Source: Chthonomonas calidirosea (GTDB lineage Bacteria; Armatimonadota; Fimbriimonadia; Fimbriimonadales; Fimbriimonadaceae). Taken from it: DNA of 64,000 nucleotides. Every line of letters starts with the position of its first letter. Within the stretch, counting starts at the first letter, position 1. Positions 1 through 10,398 of the stretch are shown here, one piece after another. Below the pieces are notes generated by a model that ran no database searches, had not been told where the DNA came from, and worked only from the letters and a program-made list of their open reading frames with translations. A program made the position numbers and the translations under genes. The stretch covers positions 1 to 64,000 of the forward strand of contig CAMAPH010000010.1 in assembly GCA_945859975.1 (NCBI GenBank), in the 5' to 3' direction.

Positions 1-90
1 ACCATCCACAAGGCGTGGATGATCACCCGCGGTTACGAGAACGTGGCCGAGAAGCTCGCCGGACTCGGCGCGACCGTTAAGGCTGACTAA
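1..90 (+). CDS. murA: C-terminal fragment of UDP-N-acetylglucosamine 1-carboxyvinyltransferase (partial, runs off window)
   Basis: Frame 1 reads TIHKAWMITRGYENVAEKLAGLGATVKAD*, matching the RGYE...KL..LGA C-terminus of MurA. Confidence 0.6.
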   Translation, partial: TIHKAWMITRGYENVAEKLAGLGATVKAD

Positions 91-641
91 GCCTTCGGCG
101 CCTTCATTTGCGCCGGTACCCCGACTGCGATGTAGCCGTCGGGGACATCCTTCAGAACCACGGCGTTGGCACCAATCTTTGCGCCCTTCCCAACGCGCAC
201 GTTCCCGATGATCTTTGCCCCGGCGTAAATCGCGACTCCCTCACAGATCACTGGGTAGGCGTCTTCTTCCGTGCCAGAACCTAAGTGACCCAAGGTCACA
301 TTCTGAAGGATGGTCACGTTGTCCTCAATCGTAACGCCTTGACCGATGATGATTCCGGTTGGGTGCGGAAGCAAAACGCCCCGACCAATAATGGCCCGTG
401 GCGAAACCTCGCAGCCGCACAGTCGGTATTGGCGCATTCTCAAGTACGGCAGGAAAAGCTTCATGCCCTTGACGCCAGAAAGGAACCTTCCCAGGCGGTA
501 GAGCAATAGCAACCGAAATCGGACGCTGGTCCAGATAGTCAGAAACCACAGCTTCGGTCGACGCCGGCTGTCAACCGCGATGTCCGCCTTGACATCCGCT
601 TTGAACTGACCAAATCCGTACTTTGCCATCGGAGGCATCAT
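87..641 (-). CDS. Serine O-acetyltransferase-like hexapeptide-repeat acetyltransferase (probably polysaccharide O-acetylation)
   Basis: HPTGIIIG, QNVTLG, YPVI, GAKIIG, GANAVVLKDVP..AVGVPA left-handed beta-helix motifs; lacks the long CysE N-domain. Confidence 0.8.
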   Translation of the reverse strand: MMPPMAKYGFGQFKADVKADIAVDSRRRPKLWFLTIWTSVRFRLLLLYRLGRFLSGVKGMKLFLPYLRMRQYRLCGCEVSPRAIIGRGVLLPHPTGIIIGQGVTIEDNVTILQNVTLGHLGSGTEEDAYPVICEGVAIYAGAKIIGNVRVGKGAKIGANAVVLKDVPDGYIAVGVPAQMKAPKA

Positions 642-659
642 ACCGAACGCCCGAGATTC

Positions 660-2039
660 TTAACGATCGAAGGGGGGCAAAGGCTTGTCTGATCGAAAAG
701 GAGCCGCTGGGTTTCCAGCACCGTTGAAGAGATTTCCAACGTAAGCATCTGCCCAACCATATCGAACATGGACCGGCTTCAAAACGGCATCATTCCAAAC
801 CGTCACCGCTCCGCGCTCGATGATTGCCGTGGCCGGGTGCCAAACTCCCTCACCATCCGAAACTTCGAAAGAGGTGAGTGTCGTGTCTGGGGAAATCAAA
901 CCGCCGTTATCGCTTTTAAACATCACTCGCAAGGTTCGGCCCTCGCGATTGTGCTTCAAGTACTGCGGGCTCGCCCCAACTTTGCCGCTTCGCTTATAGG
1001 TGACGCCCAAGGCAGATCGCACGATCCGGTCTGCAACCGCCTGCTTATAAATGGGATGGATGTCGTTCAGATCGTCGATGAGATCAGAAATGACAACCAT
1101 GCCGGTTCGGGCCAAGGCAAGTGAATCCGCCTGACCTTCGCGCGACAAAGGAGCACCACCCTTTCGCGCACCTGAGTAGTTGTAAGGTGGTAGCTGAACA
1201 AAGTAAGTCGGAAGTGCGGGAAGGTTCCAAGCCTGTCGCATCGTCGTCAGCCACGTTCTCCAGGTCCGGCCGAACTCGTTCGGTCTGGAGACGTTGCCTT
1301 CACCGGTCCAAATGATTAATCCGTCAACCGGAAAGTCTCTCATCGGAGCAAGCATGCCGTTGTAATAGGTCGTTGTGGGCAATACGGTGGAGCCAGATTC
1401 GGCAAAAGCGGAATTGGGCATCCACTCCTCAATTGTCGTTCCACCCTTAACTGCCGCGATCACGCCAATGGGTTTGGCAAGTTCAAGGTGTAGATCTCGG
1501 CCGAAGAAATACCCGAGCGCAGAGAAGTTCGGAACCGACTGGCTGGTGCAGGTTTCCCAGGTGCCATTCACGCCCGCTGCCGGCTCGGCTTGTCGAACCC
1601 GGGCGATGCGGAGCAGGCGTAGGTTTGGATAGTTGGCTTCGGTAATCTCCTGGTCCGCATTCAGAACCGAACGAAGGCCAGGGGTAGGAGCCAAGGTGTG
1701 CTCCATGTTGCTTTGGCCAATGCAAACCCAAACATCACCGGAGGCAACATTGCTCAATTGAATTCGGTTTGAAGCAATGACCTCAATACCAAGGCCGGCT
1801 TGGGCACTCGGAGTGATAACGGTTGTTCTCCACCGACCGGATTCATCGACGGTTGCACCGGCGACGGCCCCCCAGCTACCGAGCACGAGAACCGATTCTC
1901 CGGGCGTTCCGGTTCCCCAAATCGGCACTTGTGCCTTGTCCGGAATCACCATGTTCGACTGGAACATGGAATTCAAATGGACATCAGCAACGCAAACAGA
2001 ACTAACGGCGATCAAAGAAAAAGCAGCGAACCAGCGCAC
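660..2039 (-). CDS. Secreted sialate O-acetylesterase (SASA/SGNH) family protein
   Basis: Signal peptide, GDVWVCIGQSNM catalytic Ser motif, DIHP motif, C-terminal VRYGW..NLFN..G.PAAPFRSD. Confidence 0.85.
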   Translation of the reverse strand: MRWFAAFSLIAVSSVCVADVHLNSMFQSNMVIPDKAQVPIWGTGTPGESVLVLGSWGAVAGATVDESGRWRTTVITPSAQAGLGIEVIASNRIQLSNVASGDVWVCIGQSNMEHTLAPTPGLRSVLNADQEITEANYPNLRLLRIARVRQAEPAAGVNGTWETCTSQSVPNFSALGYFFGRDLHLELAKPIGVIAAVKGGTTIEEWMPNSAFAESGSTVLPTTTYYNGMLAPMRDFPVDGLIIWTGEGNVSRPNEFGRTWRTWLTTMRQAWNLPALPTYFVQLPPYNYSGARKGGAPLSREGQADSLALARTGMVVISDLIDDLNDIHPIYKQAVADRIVRSALGVTYKRSGKVGASPQYLKHNREGRTLRVMFKSDNGGLISPDTTLTSFEVSDGEGVWHPATAIIERGAVTVWNDAVLKPVHVRYGWADAYVGNLFNGAGNPAAPFRSDKPLPPFDR

Positions 2040-2067
2040 AACTCAGTTTATCGCTGTATTGTCCCGC

Positions 2068-3435
2068 TTAGATGGGACGAATTCGATTTTGTGCGCCGAG
2101 GATATCGGGCCGCAGGTCTCGGTGCTTCCGATACCAAATCGTTGATATTGGAGCAACCGAACGACAGTAGGTGCTCCCAGCATCATAACTGATGCCCAGC
2201 GCCCATCCCTGACTGGCATCCGATGCGCCCTGGCCGATTCGGAGATCAACCGAGGAAGAGCCCGAAACCCCCGACTGCCCAATCGTAGAACCAAAGAGCA
2301 AGAGCGAGCTGTTGCTGGTAGCGGTGACATTCGGACCAAAGTTGGACCGATAGATCCCGTTCACAACAATCCCGGTTGTGGAATCGAATGCCGCCAGACC
2401 TGAACTCTCCTTCGCGCCTTGCACGCCGTTTGCAACGGACACGTTAGCAACATCAAGGAACCGTAGGCCGCCGCGGTAATCGAAGCCATCGTCTCTGTTC
2501 CCGAGCGACCAACAGAACAGAGAATTCACCTTTCCGGGCCCAGAAACCGCTAGCCCGTCGCCCGAGGTCGCGTACTTGAACCAGCAGTCAGAGAACGTCA
2601 GTTCCGAATCCGCGGGCAGACTAGCGGTGAACGTGTTTGAACCGCCGAGGAAAACACACCTACGTAGCCATACTTGGCCGTTCTGCATTGCGCCATTCTG
2701 CGAACTCGCGAAGAGCAGTAGCTGCCCATCTGGAGCAGCACCATTGCTGCGATTCACCCAAACCCTCTTCGACTCGCTGTAAAAGCTTCCGGGTGTTGAG
2801 CGAACGGCAGCAACGCTCGTCACTTTTGTCAAACTTGAACCGACACCATAGACATCGCTGGACTGCTCATCAATGACCTGCACGGCCGAGGTCGAGATCA
2901 CAGACGTAAAAATTCCGGAGTCCGGCTGCCACGCCAGATTGTCCATTTGCGAGCTGCTGATCACGTAGCCGGACTCGTCCCAAGGCTCGATGACCACGTT
3001 TCCGACCGAGGAAACACCTCCCCAACAAGTTCGAAAATCGAAAACTCCCGGTCGGCACAATATCCACTTGTTACCGGGCTTCGAAACGGCCAACGACAGC
3101 TTGCGCAGGGCCGACTGCTTGGTCGAACCGCTGTTCTGATCGCTGCCCGCGATTGGGTCAACGTAATAAACCGTGTACGTGTGCGCATCGGGAGGGCGCA
3201 AACTCAGCGGATTCAAGTCAGTCGTAAACGAGCCGGAGCCGGTCTCGAATACGGTGAAATTCCCCCACGAACCTGGCCAGTTTGCAGGCGGAGAATAGGT
3301 GGTTCGAGTGGATACCCCCTTAGGTTCATACAAAAGATCCGCAATCGCCTTAGTTAAAACGGTGTTCGGATCGTACTGCGCATGCGCAGACGCGGCAAAC
3401 AGCGCTAGCAGAGAGAGTGAAGCTTGGAGTTTCAT
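2068..3435 (-). CDS. Secreted right-handed beta-helix (pectin lyase-like) protein, paralog A
   Basis: Start reassigned to MKLQASLSLL (ATG 3435, ATGA overlap with upstream stop); YYVDPIAGSDQNSG and NRDDGFDY motifs. Confidence 0.65.
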   Translation of the reverse strand: MKLQASLSLLALFAASAHAQYDPNTVLTKAIADLLYEPKGVSTRTTYSPPANWPGSWGNFTVFETGSGSFTTDLNPLSLRPPDAHTYTVYYVDPIAGSDQNSGSTKQSALRKLSLAVSKPGNKWILCRPGVFDFRTCWGGVSSVGNVVIEPWDESGYVISSSQMDNLAWQPDSGIFTSVISTSAVQVIDEQSSDVYGVGSSLTKVTSVAAVRSTPGSFYSESKRVWVNRSNGAAPDGQLLLFASSQNGAMQNGQVWLRRCVFLGGSNTFTASLPADSELTFSDCWFKYATSGDGLAVSGPGKVNSLFCWSLGNRDDGFDYRGGLRFLDVANVSVANGVQGAKESSGLAAFDSTTGIVVNGIYRSNFGPNVTATSNSSLLLFGSTIGQSGVSGSSSVDLRIGQGASDASQGWALGISYDAGSTYCRSVAPISTIWYRKHRDLRPDILGAQNRIRPI

Positions 3436-4841
3436 ATCGGTCTGATCGTTCCAGGTTGTTCGCTGATGTCCGTTCCGCTCGAAAGGTGTCGGCGGTACCA
3501 AATCGTGCTTTGTGAGGAAGTAGAACGAGAGATGGGAGACCCGTGCAAATACCGGATACTGAGCGCCCATATTTCCGTCCGATCTGGGCTGCCTGAGGTA
3601 CTGGCTCCCGCGCAAATATCGGCTTTTGAGGCATTGATTCCATGCGAGTCGCCAACGGTCGCACCTAGCAAAAGTCTCTTACTGTCAAAAACATCGTGGA
3701 TGTTTCGACCTTTATTCTGCGAATATAATCCGCCAATCGTGATCCCAACCGAGCCGAAGTGCGCGGTGGTGCCGTTATCGAGGTAACTAGATCCGAAACC
3801 GTTAGCACTTCCGTTGCAGTCTATCTCTATAAAATTGCGACCGTCTCGATAATCAAAGCCGTCACTATGATTGCCAGTGGCCTTGCATCGAATAGCAATC
3901 GACAGCCCAGGCCCTTCCATGGAGTAGCCGTCTTGCCCCGTAAGCGAGTAGCGGAATGTGCAGTCGATGAACGTTGCAACCTGTCCCGGAACCGACGTTA
4001 GGCACTGAAACGGAACAAAACCACCACGAAACTCGAAGTTACGCACGTAGAGCTGCCCGTTTGTATCGAATCTGCCGTTTGGTTGATTTGTGTACACCGA
4101 AATGTTCGCGTCTGGCGCGCGACCGTCCAGTGTGTGAACCAAAATGTCCTTGCCGGAAACGGCAAAGGTTCCTTCCTCCTCTTCCACGTCATCAGAATCG
4201 GATTCCCGAACGTACCGAACTCCATTCCCCCACTGATCCTTATAGATTTCATCCAACACCTCGTGCGGATACGTGGAACAACGAGCGCGGTAGACCCCGC
4301 CACCTAGCGGCGTCCAAGCAATACCCGGAATGTGACCCGAACAAATGACTGAACCCGTTTCATCCCAGGGTTCCACGATCACTTTGCCAGAAGCCGAATA
4401 TCCTTTCCAGCCAGTGATGTAATCGTAAACGGCAGGACGACACAAAATCCTCTTGTTTCCACTCATCGAAAGCGCCTTTGCAATGGAGCGAAATGCACGA
4501 TCTTGTCGACTGCCATCCTTCGAGTCAGCCCCAGAAATTGGGTCGACGTAATAAACCGGAAATGACTCGTAACCCGTTGGGATCAACGATTGCTCATTAA
4601 TGTCCGCGAAGTAATCACCTACTGGATTTTCGTATATTGAAAAATATGGTACAAATTCGGACCAATTGTGTGGCACCTCGAACCTCATCCAGTTTGAACT
4701 TAACCGTTGAGGATACAAAGCATCTGCCTGCATTTTGGTAAGCGGAACTTGCGCGGCAGATAAAGGAGCTAGAACACAAGCAGTTACGAAGAGAAGACAG
4801 AAGCGCCTGAGACGGATTCTTCGTTTAGTATGTTGCAGCAT
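3432..4841 (-). CDS. Secreted right-handed beta-helix protein, paralog B
   Basis: Signal peptide; YYVDPISGADSKDG, NHSDGFDY, DNGTTAH; colinear similarity to 2068..3435 including the C-terminal STIWYR...IRPI. Confidence 0.65.
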   Translation of the reverse strand: MLQHTKRRIRLRRFCLLFVTACVLAPLSAAQVPLTKMQADALYPQRLSSNWMRFEVPHNWSEFVPYFSIYENPVGDYFADINEQSLIPTGYESFPVYYVDPISGADSKDGSRQDRAFRSIAKALSMSGNKRILCRPAVYDYITGWKGYSASGKVIVEPWDETGSVICSGHIPGIAWTPLGGGVYRARCSTYPHEVLDEIYKDQWGNGVRYVRESDSDDVEEEEGTFAVSGKDILVHTLDGRAPDANISVYTNQPNGRFDTNGQLYVRNFEFRGGFVPFQCLTSVPGQVATFIDCTFRYSLTGQDGYSMEGPGLSIAIRCKATGNHSDGFDYRDGRNFIEIDCNGSANGFGSSYLDNGTTAHFGSVGITIGGLYSQNKGRNIHDVFDSKRLLLGATVGDSHGINASKADICAGASTSGSPDRTEIWALSIRYLHGSPISRSTSSQSTIWYRRHLSSGTDISEQPGTIRPI

Positions 4842-4884
4842 TTATGAGAGGATGAGCCCACTTAATGAAAAATTGAACGACCCT

Positions 4885-4890
4885 ATTATA
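4885..4890 (-). promoter_or_regulatory. Candidate -10 box (TATAAT) for the beta-helix/esterase operon
   Basis: Perfect TATAAT on the minus strand ~45 nt upstream of the 4841 start in an AT-rich intergenic region; no clear -35. Confidence 0.4.
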
Positions 4891-5017
4891 GTCAACTTGT
4901 CGCATATGCGCCTCAAAAAACGACCATTCAGAAGAAAATGGCTCAATAGTGTTAAGCGAAGCAACACAAGTGATATTTAAGACTCATACTGCGCACCTGA
5001 CTTGCTAGACTTTCATC

Positions 5018-7555
5018 GTGCAGTCGACTCCTCTTCGCCGCGTCAGCGTTCTAGCCCTTGCCATCGTTGGCCTTGGTACTGGGCTCGCCTTTATGTTTCA
5101 GGCAAACAACAAAGTCGGCGACCTCAACGCCGGAAAAGGCATCCTCGTCAATACCGGCCAGTGGATCAAGCCCGATGGCCAGCTCACCGTCTTCGCCGAT
5201 CGACCGGTTGACGTCGTGCTTTCAACAAATGGGAAGACGGCCTACGTTAAAGAATCGACTGGCCTCACCATCATCGACGTTGCCAGCAACAAGATTCTTC
5301 AACGCTTGAATGTCTCCGGAGCTTCTTCACACACCGGGCTTGCCCTTTCCGTTGACGGCTCTAAGCTCTACTACAGCAACGGAAGCAGCAACGTCATCGA
5401 AGTCGACGTCGCTGTCTTACCAGCCAAAGTCGCGCGGACGTTCACCATGCCCCGTCCCGCCGTTGGCGGCGCGGCCTATCCTTGCGATCTGCTTCTCCAC
5501 GACGGCAAGCTCTTTGCCGCCCTCAGCCGGAGTAACCAAGTCGCCGAAATCAACCTCGAAACGGGCAAGGTTGACCGCATGATGGATGTTGCTCCGGCGC
5601 CGTTTGGACTCGCGATCGATCTGGAATCAAATTCCCTCTGGGTATCCAGTTGGGGCCGCACACCCCAACCGGGACAGCCTAGGTCAAACGCATCCGGCAC
5701 ACCCGTTGCAGTTGATCGGCGCGGGATTGCGACCGGCGGAACGGTTTCACAAATCTCTATCGCCAGCGGAACAGCAACAAAAAGCGTGCTCGTCGGCGGG
5801 CAGCCTTGCGAACTTGAGGTTCGCGATGGCCAAGTCTACGTCGCCGTAGCGAACGACGATGAATTGATCGCCATAAACGCGAGCTCAGGAAAATGGGTTC
5901 CGCTTTGGAAATCGAGCGTCGGCGCTGCCCCTTCCTCGCTCACCCTGCTCGCATCGGGTCAAGTCGCCGTTGCATGCGGTGGTAGCAACGAAGTCGTCGT
6001 TCTTTCGGCCGGTGAGTTTGCGCCAGTCGAAACCTACCGATCTGGCTGGTACCCCACCGCCGTCCGAGCGTTTGAAAACAATCTTGTCGTCGCCAGTGCA
6101 AAGGGCCTCGGTGGTCGTCGAAATGACCTTCGCAACGGCAAATTCGATACTATCGCAACGACCGAAAAGCTCGGAAGCCCGTTGTCTACCACCGATGCGA
6201 AATCAAGAGGCGTCTATCAATTCACCGGAACTCTCAGCGTCATTCCCCGCACCGCAAACACGCAAAAGCCAGAAACTCTGGCTGCCATCCAACCCCCTCG
6301 TAAGAACATCGCCGCTAAACCGATTCCCGAGCGAGCCGGAGAGCCGAGCACCTTCAAACACGTCATCTACGTACTCAAAGAAAACCGAACCTACGACCAG
6401 GTTTTTGGAGATATTCCGGGTGCCGATGGCGATCCAAGCCTTTGCATCTACGGCGAGGACATCACGCCGAACCACCACGCGCTCGCCAAAGAGTTCGTCC
6501 TTCTTGACAACTACTATTGCAACGGCGTCCTGAGCGCAGATGGCCACAGCTGGAGCACCGAAGGAAATGCGACAACCTACCTTGAGCGATCCTTCGGCGG
6601 TTGGACACGGAGCTACCCGTTCGGTGACGACCCTCTCGCCATCTCATCCACCGGACACATTTGGGATGCCGTCCTGGATAAGGGCCTAACCTTCCGCAAC
6701 TACGGTGAATACGACTACACCGCCCCGAGCAAAGGCGAAAAGCACACCGCTATCCTGAAAGACTTCCAATCAGGGTCACCGAAGGTCAAATTCAATCACA
6801 AGATCGAAATTGAGCGGCTCAAGAAGTACAGCCATCCCGAGTGCCCAGGTTGGAACATGGAGATCCCCGACGTCCTGCGGGCGAGCTACTTCCTAAAAGA
6901 CCTCAAAACTGCCGAGAAAACGGGCAAGCTGCCAAACTTCAACTTCGTCTACTTGCCCCAAGACCACACATCTGGAACCGGTGCGGGAGCCCCTGCGCCG
7001 ACCGCGCACATGGCCGATAACGACCTCGCCCTCGGCCAAATCGTGGACGCGGTCAGTAAGTCGAAGTTCTGGAAGAACACCGTGATCTTCGTCATCGAGG
7101 ACGACCCGCAGGCCGGGTTTGACCATGTCGATGGACACCGCTCCATCTGCCTCGTGGTTAGCCCATACACCCGTCGAGGAGCGGTGGTGTCGAAGTTTTA
7201 CAACCAAGGTTCGGTCTTGAAGACCGTGCGGCACGTGCTTGGTCTGAAGCCAGCAACCCGATTCGAGATTCAGGCAAACCTGATGACCGACTGCTTCCAG
7301 GCAAAACCGAACCTGAAGGCGTACAACGTTCGGCCAAATCGAGTCGCCCTTGACCTGATGAACCCAACTCGAACCACGTCTCGAACGTTGGACCTCAAGC
7401 GACCAGACACGGTCGACGAAAACGAGTTCAACCGCCAACTCTGGACGGCGGCAAAGGGCAATGTTCCATACCCCGCGACCCTGGCAGGAGCGCACGGTAA
7501 AGGGCTAGCGGCAAAGGGGCTCAAGATCGACCAGAACGTGACCGAACAAGACTAG
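5018..7555 (+). CDS. Bifunctional YVTN/YncE beta-propeller + phosphoesterase (alkaline phosphatase superfamily) protein
   Basis: Propeller repeats followed by HVIYVLKENRTYDQVFGD, SADGH, EDDPQAGFDHVDGHRS. Confidence 0.8.
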   Translation: MQSTPLRRVSVLALAIVGLGTGLAFMFQANNKVGDLNAGKGILVNTGQWIKPDGQLTVFADRPVDVVLSTNGKTAYVKESTGLTIIDVASNKILQRLNVSGASSHTGLALSVDGSKLYYSNGSSNVIEVDVAVLPAKVARTFTMPRPAVGGAAYPCDLLLHDGKLFAALSRSNQVAEINLETGKVDRMMDVAPAPFGLAIDLESNSLWVSSWGRTPQPGQPRSNASGTPVAVDRRGIATGGTVSQISIASGTATKSVLVGGQPCELEVRDGQVYVAVANDDELIAINASSGKWVPLWKSSVGAAPSSLTLLASGQVAVACGGSNEVVVLSAGEFAPVETYRSGWYPTAVRAFENNLVVASAKGLGGRRNDLRNGKFDTIATTEKLGSPLSTTDAKSRGVYQFTGTLSVIPRTANTQKPETLAAIQPPRKNIAAKPIPERAGEPSTFKHVIYVLKENRTYDQVFGDIPGADGDPSLCIYGEDITPNHHALAKEFVLLDNYYCNGVLSADGHSWSTEGNATTYLERSFGGWTRSYPFGDDPLAISSTGHIWDAVLDKGLTFRNYGEYDYTAPSKGEKHTAILKDFQSGSPKVKFNHKIEIERLKKYSHPECPGWNMEIPDVLRASYFLKDLKTAEKTGKLPNFNFVYLPQDHTSGTGAGAPAPTAHMADNDLALGQIVDAVSKSKFWKNTVIFVIEDDPQAGFDHVDGHRSICLVVSPYTRRGAVVSKFYNQGSVLKTVRHVLGLKPATRFEIQANLMTDCFQAKPNLKAYNVRPNRVALDLMNPTRTTSRTLDLKRPDTVDENEFNRQLWTAAKGNVPYPATLAGAHGKGLAAKGLKIDQNVTEQD

Positions 7556-7579
7556 GCCGCTCGCCCGTACAATAGGGGA

Positions 7580-8605
7580 ATGGCAGAAATTGACGGTCGA
7601 AAGAAAACAATTCTGCACGCGATCATCGTGGAGTACGTGCTCACAGCGGAACCCGTGGGCAGCGAATCCTTGGTCGCGAAATACCCCCTTGGCGTCAAGT
7701 CTGCGACCGTCCGTAACGAAATGGCGGAGTTGCTCGATCTAGGTTTGATCGAGCAACCTCACACCAGCGCCGGCCGAATCCCCAGCGACCTCGGCTATCG
7801 CTACTACGTCGACAAACTCGTCATCTCCAAGGAGATCGAGCTCAGCATCCAAGACCGCCTCAAATCTGCGACGGGAGAAGGCGAAGCTCTGCAAACCGTG
7901 TTGCGCGATGCGACCCGAATGCTTAGCCGCCTGACTCACCTGCTCGGGGTCGCCGCTACCATTCGAGAGCCGAATCTAACCATCAAAACTGCGATCCTCT
8001 CGGCCCTCGGACCGAACCAAGTCTTGTTAGTCATCGCGCTCAGCAACGGGCAGATCGAAAACCGGATGATCGAAGTTCCCGCCGACTTGACCTTAGAGCA
8101 AGTCGGGGCCGCAAACGAGTTCCTGACCGCAAACCTCCTCGGCGTCGGCCTACGAACCGCCGCGCAAATGAAGCCTCCGGTGGCGGTCAACCCTGCCGTT
8201 GACCGTCTTGTGAATGTAAGTTGGACCCAGCTCAAGGCAATCGCGAAACTGTACTCCCGCGGTTCGCTCATCACGGAAGGAGAGGAGTACTTGGTCACTC
8301 AGCCGGAGTTCCGGCGGGACCTCGATACCTATACGCACCTGATCCAAGAGCTCAATGACTCAGAGGCCCTTTATCAAAGCGTGGCCAAGGGTGAGGCTAA
8401 CCAAGTCGTCACGATCGGGCGAGAGAACCGCCGAGACGAACTCAAGCAGTTCTCGATCGTCCGGCAGAGCTTTTACGTTGGAGAAACCGAAACGGGCGTC
8501 ATTGCCGTGGTCGGCCCAACTCGAATGAGATACGACGACAGCATTCCCTTGGTGAACTTCACCGCTCAAACCCTGAGCGAGTCGCTCACCAAGTACTTCG
8601 GCTAA
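7580..8605 (+). CDS. hrcA: Heat-inducible transcription repressor HrcA
   Basis: EPVGS, SATVRNEMA.L, QPHTSAGRIPSDLGYRYYVD, GPTRMRY. Confidence 0.95.
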   Translation: MAEIDGRKKTILHAIIVEYVLTAEPVGSESLVAKYPLGVKSATVRNEMAELLDLGLIEQPHTSAGRIPSDLGYRYYVDKLVISKEIELSIQDRLKSATGEGEALQTVLRDATRMLSRLTHLLGVAATIREPNLTIKTAILSALGPNQVLLVIALSNGQIENRMIEVPADLTLEQVGAANEFLTANLLGVGLRTAAQMKPPVAVNPAVDRLVNVSWTQLKAIAKLYSRGSLITEGEEYLVTQPEFRRDLDTYTHLIQELNDSEALYQSVAKGEANQVVTIGRENRRDELKQFSIVRQSFYVGETETGVIAVVGPTRMRYDDSIPLVNFTAQTLSESLTKYFG

Positions 8606-8608
8606 CTC

Positions 8609-9319
8609 TTACTTCATCAAGAAGAGGTTGTCGCCGAGCCCGGTGTTCACTTTCACGCTTTCGTATCGCGTGATGCCAGCGACCACGTTGTTCACATTCT
8701 TCACCGAAACCTGGGTCGGAATCCAAACCCCGCCGAACGACTTTGGGCTCTCGTAGATGAACGTCGCCAACTGTCGGCCTGGCTGGTTGTACCACTCACG
8801 CTTGGTGGTAATGCCCTTCTCAACGTCCACCCAAATTCGGTGACGACTCGTGTCGTCGGTGTTTTGGTAAGTCAGGTCGAAAACGGCATCGCCCGTGGCC
8901 CTATCCATCCGCACGAACTTTGCCTGGAAAAGGTCCTTGAAGAGAGCCGGAGTGAGCACCCCAAAGTCAAGCGGCGTCTGACGTCGCCCCGGCGATTTCG
9001 CAAGATCCTGCTTGGTGTTCACCCGCAAGCGCGGCACTTTGATCATCTGCTGCGGCCCGTCGATGATGTACACCGCAGATGTTTCGTCAACCTGAGCCTC
9101 CAGTCGAAGCTTCAAGGGTTCTTTGTATTGAAACTGAATGCGATCGAATCGGTAAGTGGTACCAAAATCGTCATTAATCTCACGTAACTCTTTCTGAGAT
9201 GCTTTAACCTTCTTCGCAACGAACGTCGCGTCTCGAAGGCCTTTTTGGGTGTAGTCTTGAATCTCCGGAGCAACTGGGCTAGACCCAAGGACTACCGCCA
9301 ACATTAATTCGGTCATCAT
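8609..9319 (-). CDS. Outer-membrane lipoprotein-sorting (LolA-like) periplasmic protein
   Basis: Signal-like N-terminus (start reassigned to ATG 9319), RIWVD, GGVWIPT, VKVNTGLGDNLF C-terminus. Confidence 0.6.
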   Translation of the reverse strand: MMTELMLAVVLGSSPVAPEIQDYTQKGLRDATFVAKKVKASQKELREINDDFGTTYRFDRIQFQYKEPLKLRLEAQVDETSAVYIIDGPQQMIKVPRLRVNTKQDLAKSPGRRQTPLDFGVLTPALFKDLFQAKFVRMDRATGDAVFDLTYQNTDDTSRHRIWVDVEKGITTKREWYNQPGRQLATFIYESPKSFGGVWIPTQVSVKNVNNVVAGITRYESVKVNTGLGDNLFLMK

Positions 9320-9357
9320 TTTATGAGGATATCTCCCAGAAGGGAAAACCATTAGGC

Positions 9358-10398
9358 ATGACGTCTGATCCCATCGAGCGTTATCTTCGGCGGTCCGCTC
9401 GCCTCGATCGGCGACAGCGCATCCGCGTCATGTCCTCATCGGAAGTCACCGATACCGGGCTCGCGGCGCTGCAGGCAATCGGCAGACGAATCATTCCGGC
9501 CAGCACCCTCGGATTGCTGTTCTGTTCATTTGGCCTCACCTTCCTCGGTCGCTACGTCATCCCCGCGCTAAGCGAAACGACCAATCCCGATCGAATCGAG
9601 GTCCAGATTGTCGAGTTCTTGGGCACTCTGTCCTTAGGGCTCTTTGTTGCGGTGCCGCTGATGATGTTCGGCATTGCCCTCATCGTTCCCCGAGCAACCA
9701 AGCTCACCGCGCAATGGATGCTCGGGGAACCCTTGGACGATTCGGACCAAGCTGTCGGCGGACCCGCATTTCGAGATGCAGCCAAGGTTATCTTCACCAT
9801 CGTCGCCCGAAGTTCGAGGTTCCTGCTCGCCTCTTTTGCTCTGCTCGTAACGAGCGGCCTTTTGAGTCAGGTGCAGTCAAACTTAAAGCTCTTCGTAGCC
9901 CTGATTGCGGTCATCGCCCTGAATGCAGTAGGAATTAGCCTTGTTGCTTTTGTTGGTATTGCCGCGAAATACTCCCTCGCCCTGCCCGCAATGCTCGTGG
10001 AAAAGCTCGATGTCAAAGCCGCGCTTGACCGCTCCCGGCAGCTCATGGCCTCAGAGCGGAAAATCCAGAGCGGCTACATCTCCGTCTGGTTCCAGTTCGG
10101 ATTCTTCATCATCTTGTTCGGGCTACTCACCTTTGGATTCAGCGCCGCTGTCGGATACATTGCTTCGCTACTCCAACTTGAGTCATTTGCACAAACTCGC
10201 GTATACGGCCCGATGTTGGTCGAAATCGTATCGCAGATTGGCCCGTATATCTCGCTGCTTCTTGTGGTCCCCGCTTTCGCGACCGTGACTACCGTGATCT
10301 ACTTTGAACGTCGCACTCGGTTGGAGGGATATGACATTGCGCAGTTGGCACAAGAAACTCGTGTTACTCGTCGTAGTCGTTTCGACGTTACTGAGTAG
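9358..10398 (+). CDS. Multi-pass membrane protein (GDPD membrane-domain-like)
   Basis: Several TM segments, ALDRSRQL, VIYFERRTRLEGYDI; typical first gene of DUF4129-DUF4350 operons. Confidence 0.6.
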   Translation: MTSDPIERYLRRSARLDRRQRIRVMSSSEVTDTGLAALQAIGRRIIPASTLGLLFCSFGLTFLGRYVIPALSETTNPDRIEVQIVEFLGTLSLGLFVAVPLMMFGIALIVPRATKLTAQWMLGEPLDDSDQAVGGPAFRDAAKVIFTIVARSSRFLLASFALLVTSGLLSQVQSNLKLFVALIAVIALNAVGISLVAFVGIAAKYSLALPAMLVEKLDVKAALDRSRQLMASERKIQSGYISVWFQFGFFIILFGLLTFGFSAAVGYIASLLQLESFAQTRVYGPMLVEIVSQIGPYISLLLVVPAFATVTTVIYFERRTRLEGYDIAQLAQETRVTRRSRFDVTE

